DNA of 64,000 nucleotides, taken from the NCBI GenBank assembly GCA_973895155.1, contig OZ316898.1:2517927-2581926 (forward strand). The letters are read 5' to 3'. The stretch's first letter is position 1. Every line of letters starts with the position of its first letter. Source of the stretch: Marsupella aquatica. Taxonomy: Eukaryota; Plantae; Marchantiophyta. This document shows, in pieces, positions 50,852 to 63,518 of the stretch. The notes under the pieces are model-generated. The model saw only the letters and a list, made by a program, of their open reading frames with translations, ran no database searches and was not told the origin of the DNA. The position numbers and the translations under genes are program-made.

Positions 50852-53124
50852 TTATCTTTCTAAAAGCCGCAGCATCTGTTGGCCCAGCCTTGCATTGTGC
50901 AGCGTTGGCCTGTTCAAAGTAGGATGAGGATATGAGAATAGAGGACATGTGCACATCTTCTTCCTCCCCTTATAGTTAGCTCCACAAGTGTAGCAGAACT
51001 GGTTGCCACACCTGCAAAAAAAAGTAAGAGAGACCAGATCGATGAGAGGAACCAGTAATAATTCAATGTGCAATCCCAAACCAAATCCCAAACCAAATCC
51101 CAAACCAAACCATAGTCAGTGACTATGAGAGACCTTCACTTAAGTGCCTTCAAGACACATCACAAGATTACTTCACATGTGCACTTAAGTGCTTGATTAT
51201 TGTCACATGACTGCAGGCTTGATTTCAAATATGTATTTAAAGCATTATCATTTCAATCACTTTAGACCAAATCCTTTGATGAAATTTCACTTTTTGACCA
51301 GTATGGCATGTGAAGGTTGCCATGAAATGAACAATTGTCATCAAATGGTCAAAAATACTATTTGGGAATTGATTTTGTTAAGGGGAGAGAAGGGCCACAA
51401 GACCGGAAAGACAAATAGAGCAAATCCTGTCCAGTAATTGCATGTAGCAAACTAAACAATTGGCAGGACTCAATGAAATGTAATAATAATAATAATAATC
51501 TAATATTTGATCATAGCATTTGATCCATCGACTGATTACATGCAAGTCATGGAATGGATTTCAGTGACAGGAGCTGAAGAAATAAGCTATGGAGGAAGTA
51601 CCTGCAAGTCATGTGGAAGCAGCCAGAGGCAAGAACAATGAGACTGCGGCATTTCCCACATGTCCTCCACTTCTGGTCCTTCGCAAGCTCCAAAAGCTTT
51701 CGATCGTTTGCGCTTTTTGCATTCGGGAGCGCCTGAAACTGGCGGCACGTCAAGTTTGCGTGCCATGGAACGAGACAGTCCATGCAGAACAAACGATGGC
51801 ACTCCATGCACTCTGCGCGAGAATTGCTCGGTGGCGATGGTGGAATCGAGGACAACGAGTTCGCCGCATACATGACCGTCGACTTCTTCTCGCCGGTCCT
51901 CACCATCACCGCGGAGCAGCCTGGAAACGGACAATACACCTTTTCTAAGTCGGCGATGGTGGCCTCCGTCAAGCGAGTCAGGTAACTGTCGAACAATTTA
52001 GGGGAGACGAGGCTTTTGCATACGTCGGAGTCCATGTGAGTTGCACATTCTCTGACTTTAGGACATGGGACAGGCACCTTGCCGATCGAGACTTGGTGCT
52101 CGACGTGCTGGGATAGGCAATTGAAGCAGAAGAAGTGACTGCAGCCCTTTTGACACACCATGTCGGATGGAAAAATGTCTTCCAAGCAAATGGGGCACCC
52201 CTTCCTCTTATTTTCTTCCGCACTTGAAATCAGGTTGCTGCTGCGCGAGTGCTTTGCCGCATATTCTGCCACTTTGATAGTGCACTCGTTCTCAGCGCGA
52301 GAAATACATTTCACACTGAAGCTCTCGAGTTCCTTGATTTGTTTCTGTAGCCCAACCAGCTGCTCTCCTGCCTCGGGCGCCTCGATCATTCTTCGGACCT
52401 AGTTACAGTCAGTCAACAAATTAAGTCAGTTCTAAGGGAAATGTTTCTGAGAGGTATGTCATTTCATTCAGTCAGTTTGCCGATTGGCGAAGGCTTAGGC
52501 AGTGATGCACAAAAAAGTTCGCCTTGAGCTGCACAAAAAGGTTCGCCTTGAGCTGTACGTAATTAAGGCCTGAAATTTGCGACCAAGACTTGGAACTTGT
52601 GCTCAATCAAGCTCACAAGAGAGAACATCAATCACCTCCCAATATATAAATGCCCGATTGCCGTGCACAGTTATTCGTCTCAGGCCCATCGATTTGGCAT
52701 TCTCAAGGCCATAGATCAAGGCCATGTATTCTGCAAGGTAGTGGCTAAAGTCGAACCCAATACACTGTCCGTTTTGGAAGACAACTCGGCCACTAGCCTC
52801 TTTGATGATGCAGCCGACCCCTACAAAACCTCCATGTTGTGGTGACTCTGCAAAGAAGAGATCATACACCTCACTCTGTGAATGTTTCCTTTGTTCTTCT
52901 GACAAGCCATCACCGAGTTGAAGCTTTTTTCTTTTGTGACTTTTCTCCTCTTGTGGCGCGTCCGGAGATGTGCTTGGATCAAATATGTTCGCGAATATGT
53001 GCTTCTCTAGATTGTCCGACATGTTCTTGTAGAATTGAGGCACCTTCTTGTGGCGCTGATCCGCTCCTCCGGCTAGAAAGTTTGGCACAATTTCAAGCCT
53101 GTCCTCCCCCATCGCATCGATCAT
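50852..53124 (-). CDS. RBR (RING1-IBR-RING2) E3 ubiquitin ligase with N-terminal RNase-H-like domain (RSL1/RFA-like), ~481 aa, 3 exons
   Basis: Exons 53124-52636, 52398-51602 and 51011-50852, phase-consistent. RNase-H-like GVGCIIKEASGRVV...AEYMALIYGLENAKSMGLRRITVHGN. RING1 CPIC...CSHFFCFNC...CP; IBR YCPFPGC...CMECHRLFCMDCLVPWH; RING2 CGKC...GCFHMTCRCGNQFCYTCG with the catalytic Cys retained. Confidence 0.92.
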
Positions 53125-54071
53125 TGTCACAAAACATCTCTAGGTCCTGAGTCTTCCTATCAATTGGCATCTACACGTAAGAGCAATTCCATGGCCGCCA
53201 GCCCAAGCCCGGTACAGATGTGGAAGAGTTCTGTGAAACTTGATTAGACTCAGCGAAGGGGGAGGTAATATATGGAAGGGGAGAGGGGCTCAACGAAGGG
53301 GGAGGTAATATATGGACAGGGGAGAGGGGCTGGCCCTGGAGGCGAGGGTGGCAACGCCCTACCCCCCAAAAGAAATAACACGACAAGAGCCATCCCATTC
53401 AACTAGTATTCCTAAGGGGCAACAAGTAGCACCTAATTCACAGGGACCAGTAAGGGGACTTATACTTGAGTCCATCAAATGGTGAAATAGTAGCCCATAC
53501 CTGTGTCCTCAGATGTACGCTCGCCGTGACCTACTATGCTCGTAGATAGTGCTGACTGGGTACTGGCTCACAGCTTGCTCTCGAAACCGGCTGGACAGCT
53601 AGTGTTGCTGTTGAAGTAATTTGGTCTAAATTCCCAGAAGTATTCAAGTCCCGGATCTGGCTCTGACCTACGCTCGCGGAAGGGAAGTGAGGCTCAGGTG
53701 CAGTGGGGCGCTGGGTGACTAGAGAGGGATAACTCACTGGAGATCGATGAGATTCGTCAAACGGACTACTGAAAGACAGTACATCCACAGTTTTCTTCGG
53801 TTCCCTGGAGGTATACAATTTGAATGCGTCCTTGAACGGTTCCTTCGGCCATAGTCCCTGCTGCCTCAGCGGCTGTCATCCCCATGAAAAGAAGATTAGA
53901 AATGCGTCACACCAAATTTCCATTTTGTACTTTATTATCCGGGAGAAGCACCCGTCGCCGGTGATGCCTGGAAAAACGAAAAACTTGCAATTTGCAAGTT
54001 AGAGGGTGGGCAGTGCTCTACAAGCTAAAGACGCAACCAGAGAATGTTTGCATTAGTTTTTTAGAAGCAAA

Positions 54072-54108
54072 CGGAAGGGAAGGGAAGGGAAGGGAAGGGA
54101 AGGGAAGG
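54072..54108. repeat. (GGGAA)n microsatellite
   Basis: Run of GGAAG pentamers seen directly. Confidence 0.9.
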
Positions 54109-56527
54109 AGTGTTCCATTGAATTCACAAGACTCCCCGAAGAGATGTATTCATAGTAGCCTATATCGAACCGATTTAGAGTCCTCCCCGTGAACAACAAC
54201 GGGTGAAGGATCAAAACAGAGGCCCATTCATAGATTATTGCCAAGTGCAGTGACAGAAGACTGAGAAATGAAATCTACACAAAATTAAATTTAGGTAGGA
54301 ACCATGGGATCGACCTCATGGTATGCAAGGAATGCTGGTGAAAGTCGTCGGCAGAGCTGGAAGTGGGAAGAGTGGATGGTGGAGCGAGGAGGCCGAGGAG
54401 AGGTGCGCGGCCTGCTGCTGCTGTGGCAGAATCTGCACCTGCGGTCTCAACCCTGGCAAGATTGGGCTGCAGCTCCCCTTCATCACTTTACTCATAGCAG
54501 CAACCCGTCTCCCCAACACTCCGCTCAATGGACCGGCTCTCGCCATTTTCCCCTTGTCACACTCCCCTTACTCCCTCTACCTCCTCCTCCTGCGCCCCTT
54601 CGTCCACCGCGCCATGGCTTGAAGACCAACGCTGGGTCTCCATTTCCTTTCTTTCACCCAATCTCAATCCGCTCTACATCCCTACTGCAACCTGTAATCC
54701 AATCCAGCGTGCTCCAATTCATTGCGATCTCGGGGCTCGCGGGCTACCGAAGCTCGATCTCCCGCTCGCCTTCGTCGACACTACTTCTTAAGCTAACGAT
54801 GAAATCCCACAACTTTTCTTCAGTCAGACTGTGAAACCCTCAGCCGCTTACTGTAATCTTCGCAGACATGTGACGACTAGAGTTTACTATACCTCCATTG
54901 CTACATCAGCAGCCATTTCGTGTCTCGTCCCCTCCTTCGTCCTCCTCGTTTCCGCTGCGCTCACGGGAATAGGTGGCGATTGCGAGGAGACCAAACCTTT
55001 GACATGAGACCTTTTCGGTGTGTCAAAAGACGCGCACTCTAAAAAAGTTGACAAGACATTTTGTTGACACACCAAATGGTGAACATTCATACACACAAAG
55101 ATACTATTTGACTACAGAAGGTGAGCTTCTTAATTATGAAGGAAAGATACTGCCCATGACAAAATGGTGACAGTCGGAATGTTTCCATTGAACCTATCAA
55201 CTCTATGAACTCTCTTGGTGCCGTCTCAGTGGTCCATGTTATTGGGATTGATCAATTTCTCGGGCACTGACAATGTGGAGAACCAAGTTTTCTCGTGGAG
55301 GAATGTTCCTTCGTCTAGATTGTCTATGTCGTAACCGATCTCATAAATTGTTTTGTAAAAAGCTAGTGAGGGAGGGGGTGCTGGGCTGAGCTGCGGGAGC
55401 TGAAGTATTGAGAGTGTGAGGATTACTTATGATGGCCGTGGACTTGCCGTGGGCTATGGTAGAACATTTCGTTGTCTAACGATGATTCTTAGGAAAACTC
55501 CTGAATCGCGAGTGGGTGTGCTTTAAGGCGAACGCGCCGGAGAAAATTTTGGCATTATGAAAATAGAGAAACAGAGCTCTTGAAATCGGTTCCGCTCGCT
55601 ACTGCTCAAGGCTCGAGTGGAGAAGTTTTTGATTGTCGATCTCGGTGGCGCGCGGGTGTTCTTTTTGTTAGCAGATGGGATCGACTTGTCGTTGGCGCTG
55701 TCAAAGATGACATGGCATGAAGCGGACTGGCTGGATTTTGGTGTTAGTGAATTGAGATGGGGGGACTCGTATTTGCTGCAGAATTGAGATGGGGGTACTC
55801 GCGCTTCCTGCAGAACGCAAGACTGTCAGCAGTGTTAGCTTCTTGTGCTATAATTGACTCTGCTTATCCACGCAGCTTGTATCCAAATTTCAGTGGGAGC
55901 GACTGAGAGCACGGTGTGGCGGTGATAGGACTAGGGCCATTGAATTCTTTGGCCTCAATTGTGCTGCGTGTTGAAGAGGGCATTCGATCATGCTTTCCAG
56001 GGGATAGGTCGGCCAGCAATTCTGTCCCGATTCATAGTGAAAAAGTGTATTGCAAGAATCGTTTGGCTTCTTGAAGATTTGGCATCTGGAGTGGATGCTT
56101 ATCGATCAATTTGACTACGTAGCCAATTGACACGGAGTCTACTGAAGTTCATGAGGAAACGCAGATGCATGTGAAGGATAGGCGCGTGGTCTTGACGGTT
56201 TTTGCTAGACCATAATTTGCGTAAGCGACATGGCGATGAGTAGTTATCGATACTGGAGACTGAGGGTCTTACAGGGACTAAGATGCCTCATCCAAATTTG
56301 AATTTGAGCGAAAGAGGTTGAAATGACAAGAGTGCACGCCACGAGAACAAATCGAAAGGTCATGTCAGGAAAAAAGAACCCAGAAAAAGATAACTGGATA
56401 TCTTCCCACTGATGTTGCAATCCTGGAAGATTGAGGTTCTGATTAAGGTTACAGAAGATCTAAAATTGATTTGGGAAGACTTGTGACTCACAAGTTTCTA
56501 CCCTTGAAGATTGAAGCCTGCTTAGTG

Positions 56528-59500
56528 TTACAGAAGATCTAAAACTGACTTGGGAAGACTTTGTGACTGAAAAGTCTTCACATGGCACAATTTCTTGCCA
56601 GCCTCATCTGCAAAACTTATTTTGCGAATTGGCTTCGTGACCTGCAAGAAGTTAAACGAGAGTAAGCACAGATATGTTTGCTATGATGAGACTATGAGGT
56701 AACCCAGAAATACACATTTGGCAAATAACCAGTTTGCTAGAATGGCAAATAACCAGTTTGCTAGAATGGCAAAACCAGTGCTCTGAGTGATGTGGGCAAA
56801 ATTCAAATGCAAGAAAGCTTGATTGATCCACACTTACCGCGAGTTTACAATAGCGCTTGCAGTCTCGTCGGAGAGTAGCAAGGTTCTTTTGTGCTGCGTC
56901 CTCAACATCTTTGCATTTCTTCAGAGTTTCCGGGATCTATATCAAGAAAAAACCTTGAAATGACTCCGTCAATTCATGAATAACAATTACTGACAAGAAT
57001 GGCCGGAAATTTGGAGCTCCGACTTGCACTCTACTGATCGTGTAGTTGCAGCTCAGCACCACCCAATATTGCCAGAATTTAATTCATTTCGGAAATGAAT
57101 TTTTGGATGGAAAGCAGCCAGATGTTATGATGAATCGATGTAGTTGTACATTTCTAAAATCCACCTAGATACCATTCATTCCTAGGTTTGGACAATGTCA
57201 CATACCTTGCCAGTTTCTCCAGGACTGGAGACGTTGGTCTCAATAATTGTGCGCAAACCCTGCATTTCCTTGGTGAGACTCCCGGCAATTAATTGAAAGG
57301 TCTTCATTTGGCTTGCTACGAAGCCTGCAGCATTTCCTGCTGTGAAGCGTGATGTGGAACATGTGGCACATTTGCAAGGTCCTTTGCATGCCTGCGGTGG
57401 CTTGAGAATCCCTTTCGAGGATGGAGGACCGATGAACTGCGAATCACGAGGCTCCTGACTGGAAACGTTCGGACTCGAATCAATTCTTACCGACTCTGGT
57501 GAATGTGAAGTGGGTGAAAGACAAAGAGAAAACTTCCTTGGAGCTTCTCCCCCACTACTCCGTGAGTCTAGCTCTTGCCTATTATAGCTGTCGTCGGTCT
57601 CGTCCTCCGACGAATCCAGTGACACAACACAGCCATTATTGGCTTCATCCTTGCCAGTTTTGTTACTTGGCTCCAAATAGATGCAACCTGGAGTCGGTTC
57701 AGGTTCACGCTCAAATGGACTCGGTCCTCCATGGTGACCTGAGGAGAAGGAACATGCTCAGTAAGCTTATCGACTGCTCAGACATTCAAGCGAGGAATAC
57801 TCCCTCTAGTTCGAAAAGAGATGCCAGTGGCTCGAAGAAAAAGGTTAATCGAGAGTTTGCATGGTCTAGCTCGACTCCTGGCACTCAGGCGCTACAGAGG
57901 GTTGAGAGGAGTGAGAATATACTTACTGTCTAGTCCAGGAGGCAGTTTCAGTCGAAATGCGGGTATTTTTTGTATTTGGGAGGCATCACTTGGTGGCGAG
58001 TTACTATTTGATGCTCGCATCAGTTCAAGCTGAGACAGAGGTGAGATGGTCTGCAAGATTGAGGAAAAGGTCAGATTATTACTACGTCGAATCCAATCTA
58101 ACACGTAGCATAATTAACCGTCATATGCATGGGAAGCCATAATAGCAGCGATCGATCGTCGATTTGAAATGAAGTAGATGAGGAGCCCATGAGTAGACAA
58201 CGAAAACAACTACCTAGCAAACACCATTAACAGAATCAAGACCGTCATTGCAAGCAAAGAAGGCTATTTGACTATTCCAAAATGCAAAAATTACTTTGAT
58301 CTACAGAACCGTACTGAATAATGTCACTGGTAAGCAATCATGGACTAACCTTCCGCCTACAAAGCAGCTTTGATGGTGTCTCAAAATCTTGTGAACTCTC
58401 TTCTTCGCCTAGTTTCTCACATGCCAGCAGGTCGATGCAGCCGTTAGACTCAGCTGTAATTGCTGAGTTACAATTCGACTCGGGAGAGTGCTCGAGCAAC
58501 ACCTTCCGTTTCTCCCTTGCAACCCTCTCAGGTTTCTGTTTCGCATTCGGGTGTTGTTCAGCTACGGGGCTTTCCTGGTCTACTAAACTGGAGAAACTAC
58601 AATGCGCCCCGCTTCTTTCTCCATTCCTTTCGATCTTTGCTTTGCTTAAAGCTGTTGGAACATGGTCATCCTCCATTGAATTTTCTTCTGTTACCCTTTC
58701 AGATGCGTTGTCTTGGACGCTTCCAAAGGCATCCTCCTGGAGAGGTGCTTCTACAGCTACACGCTTCCCTCGGTCGGAGTCGTTCTCTGGGTCATTGAAC
58801 TTCCTCTTTCTGGGACTGGACACAGCGACATCCTCTTCGAAGAACGACATATCGATGTGATTTGAGAATTTGCCTGCATTCTGCCATTCCTCTTCTTGTA
58901 GCATGGCATACTCGAAATTATCAATCTGCTCAATTTCCGCTTCTGATACGGATAGCCTTGCTGTGGGAGGGTGAGACTGCTCAGCAGGAGCCAGCACTGA
59001 AGGCTTACTCCTCTCAACACTTTCAGGATCCCAATCGCTGGCGCAGGTGAAAGGGTAATTTGGAAGAACGGAATTTGCACCCGGAGATTGCGGTGATGAC
59101 AATTTGAAGGAGTCCGCCAGTTTTTCCACGCCTACTAGAATGCCCTTCTCCAGTTTGAGAGAAGCTCTAGTGATCCTTCGAGATACTGGGGTCGTGATTT
59201 GTGTCGTCCTCTGTGCATCACTCATGGTCTGCTGAATGCCATCGTCGTCAGTTTCACTTCTTCGGGGTTGAGACAATGCCACTGGATATTCAAGAGAATC
59301 TTCGCTAGCCTTCTCACAGAAGTTGCTGGCCTCGGCAATATCATTCACATGATGCGGAGAACTAGTGTGATTCTCACGTAATTGTACTACTCCCTGAGCG
59401 GGGTGCAACTCAACAACGTCTTCGACATGCTCGGATATGCCATCTTCTCCCAGCTGAAAAGTAGAAACACCGGTAGAATCCATCTGATCCAGAGAAACGA

Positions 59501-62500
59501 CATCGAGGGTCGACATCGACTGAGTTGGCCCTGGACCAGGAAATGAAAATTCACTTATTTCTGCAATTTGGTCAGGGGCTACATTCTCTTCCATCGATTG
59601 CAAGTCAGAGTCAGATTCTTCCTTGCGTCGAGTGGCAATGTCCTCTTCAAAGTGAGGCACATCCACTCCTGCTACTTGACTGGGAGCAACATTTAGGTTT
59701 GCTTGATTCTCAACACCACCTTCAACAGAGCAGGGCAAATCATTTCCTCGTTGCGTGATATCGTTATCAAGTTGGAGAGAGCACGACTCTTCTGTCAATT
59801 TCTCCGTGGTCCCATCATGTGCCCGTTGTGACGAACCTAGTTTGTCCAAACAAGGAGCGCACTGATTCTTCTCTGAATGCTGTAGAGTGGTATCCTCTTC
59901 AATATTGCTGCGATCGAGAACCTCTTGTGGAAGCTGTTCCGAAGCTACGACTATTTCTACGATCTCTTGGGTAGCAAGGACTCCATCGACTTCAATTGCT
60001 GTGCCATCTGAGACGGTTTTCTGTGACTTGCCTTTTTCATCCTCCATTGCTTTGCAACCGGCATCCTCTTGCTGATCCGGCAGAGAGACATCTACACCAC
60101 ATGGATCTACATCCAGTTGATTTGCACCAATTACCATATTCCGAGCAGTGCCTTCTTCCACATATTCTGGACTAACAGCTCCTCCATCCGAAGAAATTGT
60201 GTTACCATCGTCTGGGTTGCGGCCTGAAAGAACTTCTCCCTCCAGATCTTGAGATGTGAAGATGTCAGTTTCTGTAGGGGCAGCTTCTGCTTCTGCTTCG
60301 TTCTGAAGCCCAGATTCGTCTCTGAATTCAAACAGAACCTCTCCTTGCAAGCGGTCCGAAGTGATATCCGACGCTGACTGCTTGGTGGAAATTTCTTCAC
60401 TGAAGTTGTTCTTTGCACCCTCTGATATTTCCTGGGAGATACCCATATCCTTCAGTTGTGGCACGGCAACACCTTCATCCGGATCTCCTTTCAGACTGGA
60501 AATTCTTTCCACGTGATCATCACTAGTATCCAGCTCTTGGCAGCAGGCAACACTAAATTGCATCTGTTGGATAGCACTTTCATCGACCAACTGATCCTTA
60601 CTAGCATGTCCTTGCCCTTCCCCTGAAACAGTTCGACTCTCCATCAGTTCAGATGCGACATCCTCTTCCATTCCTTGCGTAGTGACATCCTCTTCAAGCT
60701 CCTCTCTAGAAGCGGCGTCCTCCCCTCGGTGGACGGCAATGTATTCCTCCAAAGAAAGAACCCGGTCTTCTTTCTCGCTACCATCTTGTGAGTTTCGGAG
60801 AGAGGGAACATTTTCTGCGACCGATACCTCCGTCTCTTCTCCAGGACTGTCAATGCGCAATAGAGGACCATGCCAAGTTGGCAAAACTTTCCCGTCAACT
60901 TCAATGGCTGTCCTACAAGTCTCAGCACGCCCATCAATGCCTTTCCTCGGCTCATTGTCACTGGACCGACTCAAATCAGATCTGGCAGGAGGGCTGCCAG
61001 GCTGCTGAGATCCATCTTCTAAGAATATTTCGCAAACTTCCGCTAGCTTTTCAACTGTGTTCTGTTCTTCAACAACACAAGGTAGTTGCGGCTCACCTTG
61101 GACAGGCACCTCGACGTCCCGGGAACTACCAGAAGTGTCAACCAAAAAAAGCTGATTGAGCCGATCTACAGATTGCTGTGACTCGGACGTGAGGGTGCTA
61201 TCAACTACCCGTTGGCTGGTTTCCGATTCCATTGAAATTCCTTCAGCGGGTTCAGTAATCTGATCATGTAGATCCTGCGCTGGAGCAGTTTCCTGGAAAT
61301 TGAAGAGCCCATCAGACAAGATTTCGCCTTGGCTTGACGTTGCCATTGACTCTTCTCTATTCTCATCGTCCTTCGTAGCTATCGCTGCAGAAATGCTGTT
61401 CCCTTGGATAGGCGTAATACAGTAGTCGCAGTTGGGTTTCAGATCTCCAGCTACCTCCAGGGCGAGGTCATCAGGAGGATATTTCTCGGCGGAATTGTCC
61501 GAATGCGTGAGCCTTGTGGTGGCCCCGGCTTCACAGGTTTGCAATGATGTACCGTACTGAGAATCAGCGCTCCATTGTTCACGAGGTGGGGAGGAGGGGA
61601 TTAAGTTGGGACTGAAGAGAGCGCGCTCACTAGCGATCGAGGAAAGAGAACTTTCAGGCCCCGTCTTGGGCGACTTTTCCTCGACGGATCTAACGGAAAG
61701 ATCTTCTACAATTCCGCATTCCTGCTGAATAAGTGGCAGGACGACAGCTTTATCTACTACTGGTCTAGAGAGTTCGGCAGCATCAGAATTTAGGGCGCAG
61801 TCCATCGATTCCCTGGTGCTGTCTACAGATGGCTGATGACTGATAGTTTCGCTCTCCGCTATCCTGAAGACATTCAATACCGGCTCGAAACCTTCGCTGA
61901 CCTTCAGTTCTACATTCAGGGGATGGGAAGCTACAATTTCGATTGAACGACCTTCCGATTCAGATTCCACTGACGGGAGAAGAGATTGCCTCTCCGGACT
62001 ATCACTCTGAGAATGATTGACGATGTCGCCGCATCGGTCCCCTGTGAGTTTCCTCTTCTCACTGGAGGGTGACGGGGGATCACGGCGTTCACTCTCCTGT
62101 TTAACAAGAGCTTCGGGCCCATGATTTACATCCAAGGCAATGTCAATGGGAACACTCTTTTCCTCCGCGCTTTCCGGCTCGATTATCACCAATGCAATTT
62201 CTAATGGTTCACATTCAAGAGCAAGACCTTCCTCGGTGCACAGACGACTGTCCGATAGCTCCAACTCGGGAGCGGCAGTGCCAACTAGGCCCTCGCTACG
62301 ATTCGGTGACGTCCTTGCCCTCTCCTCACCTACATCGTCGTCGAAAGACGCCGCTGAGTTGAACGCACATGAAATGTTCTCCTTTAAGCCAATGGAAGCC
62401 GGAGATTTACCTGCTCGAGGGCTGTCCTGGAGGGGTATGTCGATGACGAGCTTCCCTGGAGATGGTGTACTAGGTTCCAAAGCAGAGGAGTTAGATTTCT

Positions 62501-63518
62501 GCACCTCATCATAAGCAGACTTGTTTTTGCCGTCGCTGCTCTTGTTGAGAGTAGGTGCTCCCTTCACCTCTGCCCTTATCACCCGTCTGATTCTTCCCCT
62601 CACTTTCTCCCCGTTCCTTTGCGTAAATTTGGTCTTAGTCACCTCCTCGTACCAGTAAATCAGCTCCTCTTCCGACATGTAATCCAAGTGGGGAGCCACC
62701 GCCTTCGCAACACAGGCATTCTGGCAATTCTTCGCATCCGCACATGTGTGGAGGCTAGAGGCATAGACTGGAAGGAGGTCGGCCTCTGAGGACTTCTGAA
62801 GTTTATTCGGTTGAGATGATGATCGGAATTTACGGCCAGCCTTCGAAATTGGGGAGGCAGGGCGTCTTAAAGCAGCGACTGCAGCTCGAAATCTCTGCCG
62901 GGTTTCGACGTGCAACGCCGAACCATCTGTGACTGCTATTGGCTTGGAGAGACCTAGAGAGTCGGAGAAAGATTTCATTGTGTCTATTCCAGTCAGATCA
63001 TCAGCCTGATGACCGACAGGGGAGCTAGCACAATGCAAGAGGTGTCTTTCTATGGCCTTTGAATTGGGGAGAGTGGATGCGGGTGGACTTGATTTGGCTG
63101 TAATTTTACGTCTTCCAATTCTATCGGCACTGACAGCATGGCCTTTCCGGATGGGCTCCAAGTTCTTGGCCTTCCGGGACTGTGAATTCTCACCTTGAGC
63201 ACGATCGAGTACTGGCGGATCGCGTTTAAGGATGTCGCACAAGTCCATGCACTTCCTTTTCCTCTTGAATTGGCAAACAACTCTACCGAGGTCTTCATCA
63301 GAGCCAGAGGAGAAGTCTGTTGCGTCAAGTATCACCTCGTGATATTCTGCTTCTCCTTCTGCAACAAGACCCACCAGTCTTGTCTGCTGCTGCTCTCGCT
63401 CTTGCTTTTTGGTGGGTTTCTTACCGATGCGAATCGCATCCATGAGTGTCATACCGTCATCATTTTCACCTGCCTCAGCTTTAGCCATTTTGCGCCGAAA
63501 ATAAATTTTCGACCTCAT
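56528..63518 (-). CDS. ~2005-aa acidic low-complexity protein with C-terminal KGILK-CxxxCxCxxC-helical domain and RKISFAD motif; 5 coding exons
   Basis: 5.2-kb open exon 63518-58350 (in-frame TAA at 63549-51 lies upstream of the ATG), then GT-AG exons 58029-57927, 57738-57206, 56936-56838 and 56641-56528, all phase-consistent. Ends VTKPIRKISFADEAGKKLCHVKTFQSQSLPKSVLDLL*. Confidence 0.85.

Noticed and set aside
54323-54622. Plus-strand ORF with GRAGSGKS (P-loop-like) and CAACCCC
   Set aside because: It is the antisense of a CAG-rich minus-strand frame and has no further NTPase motifs; likely chance.
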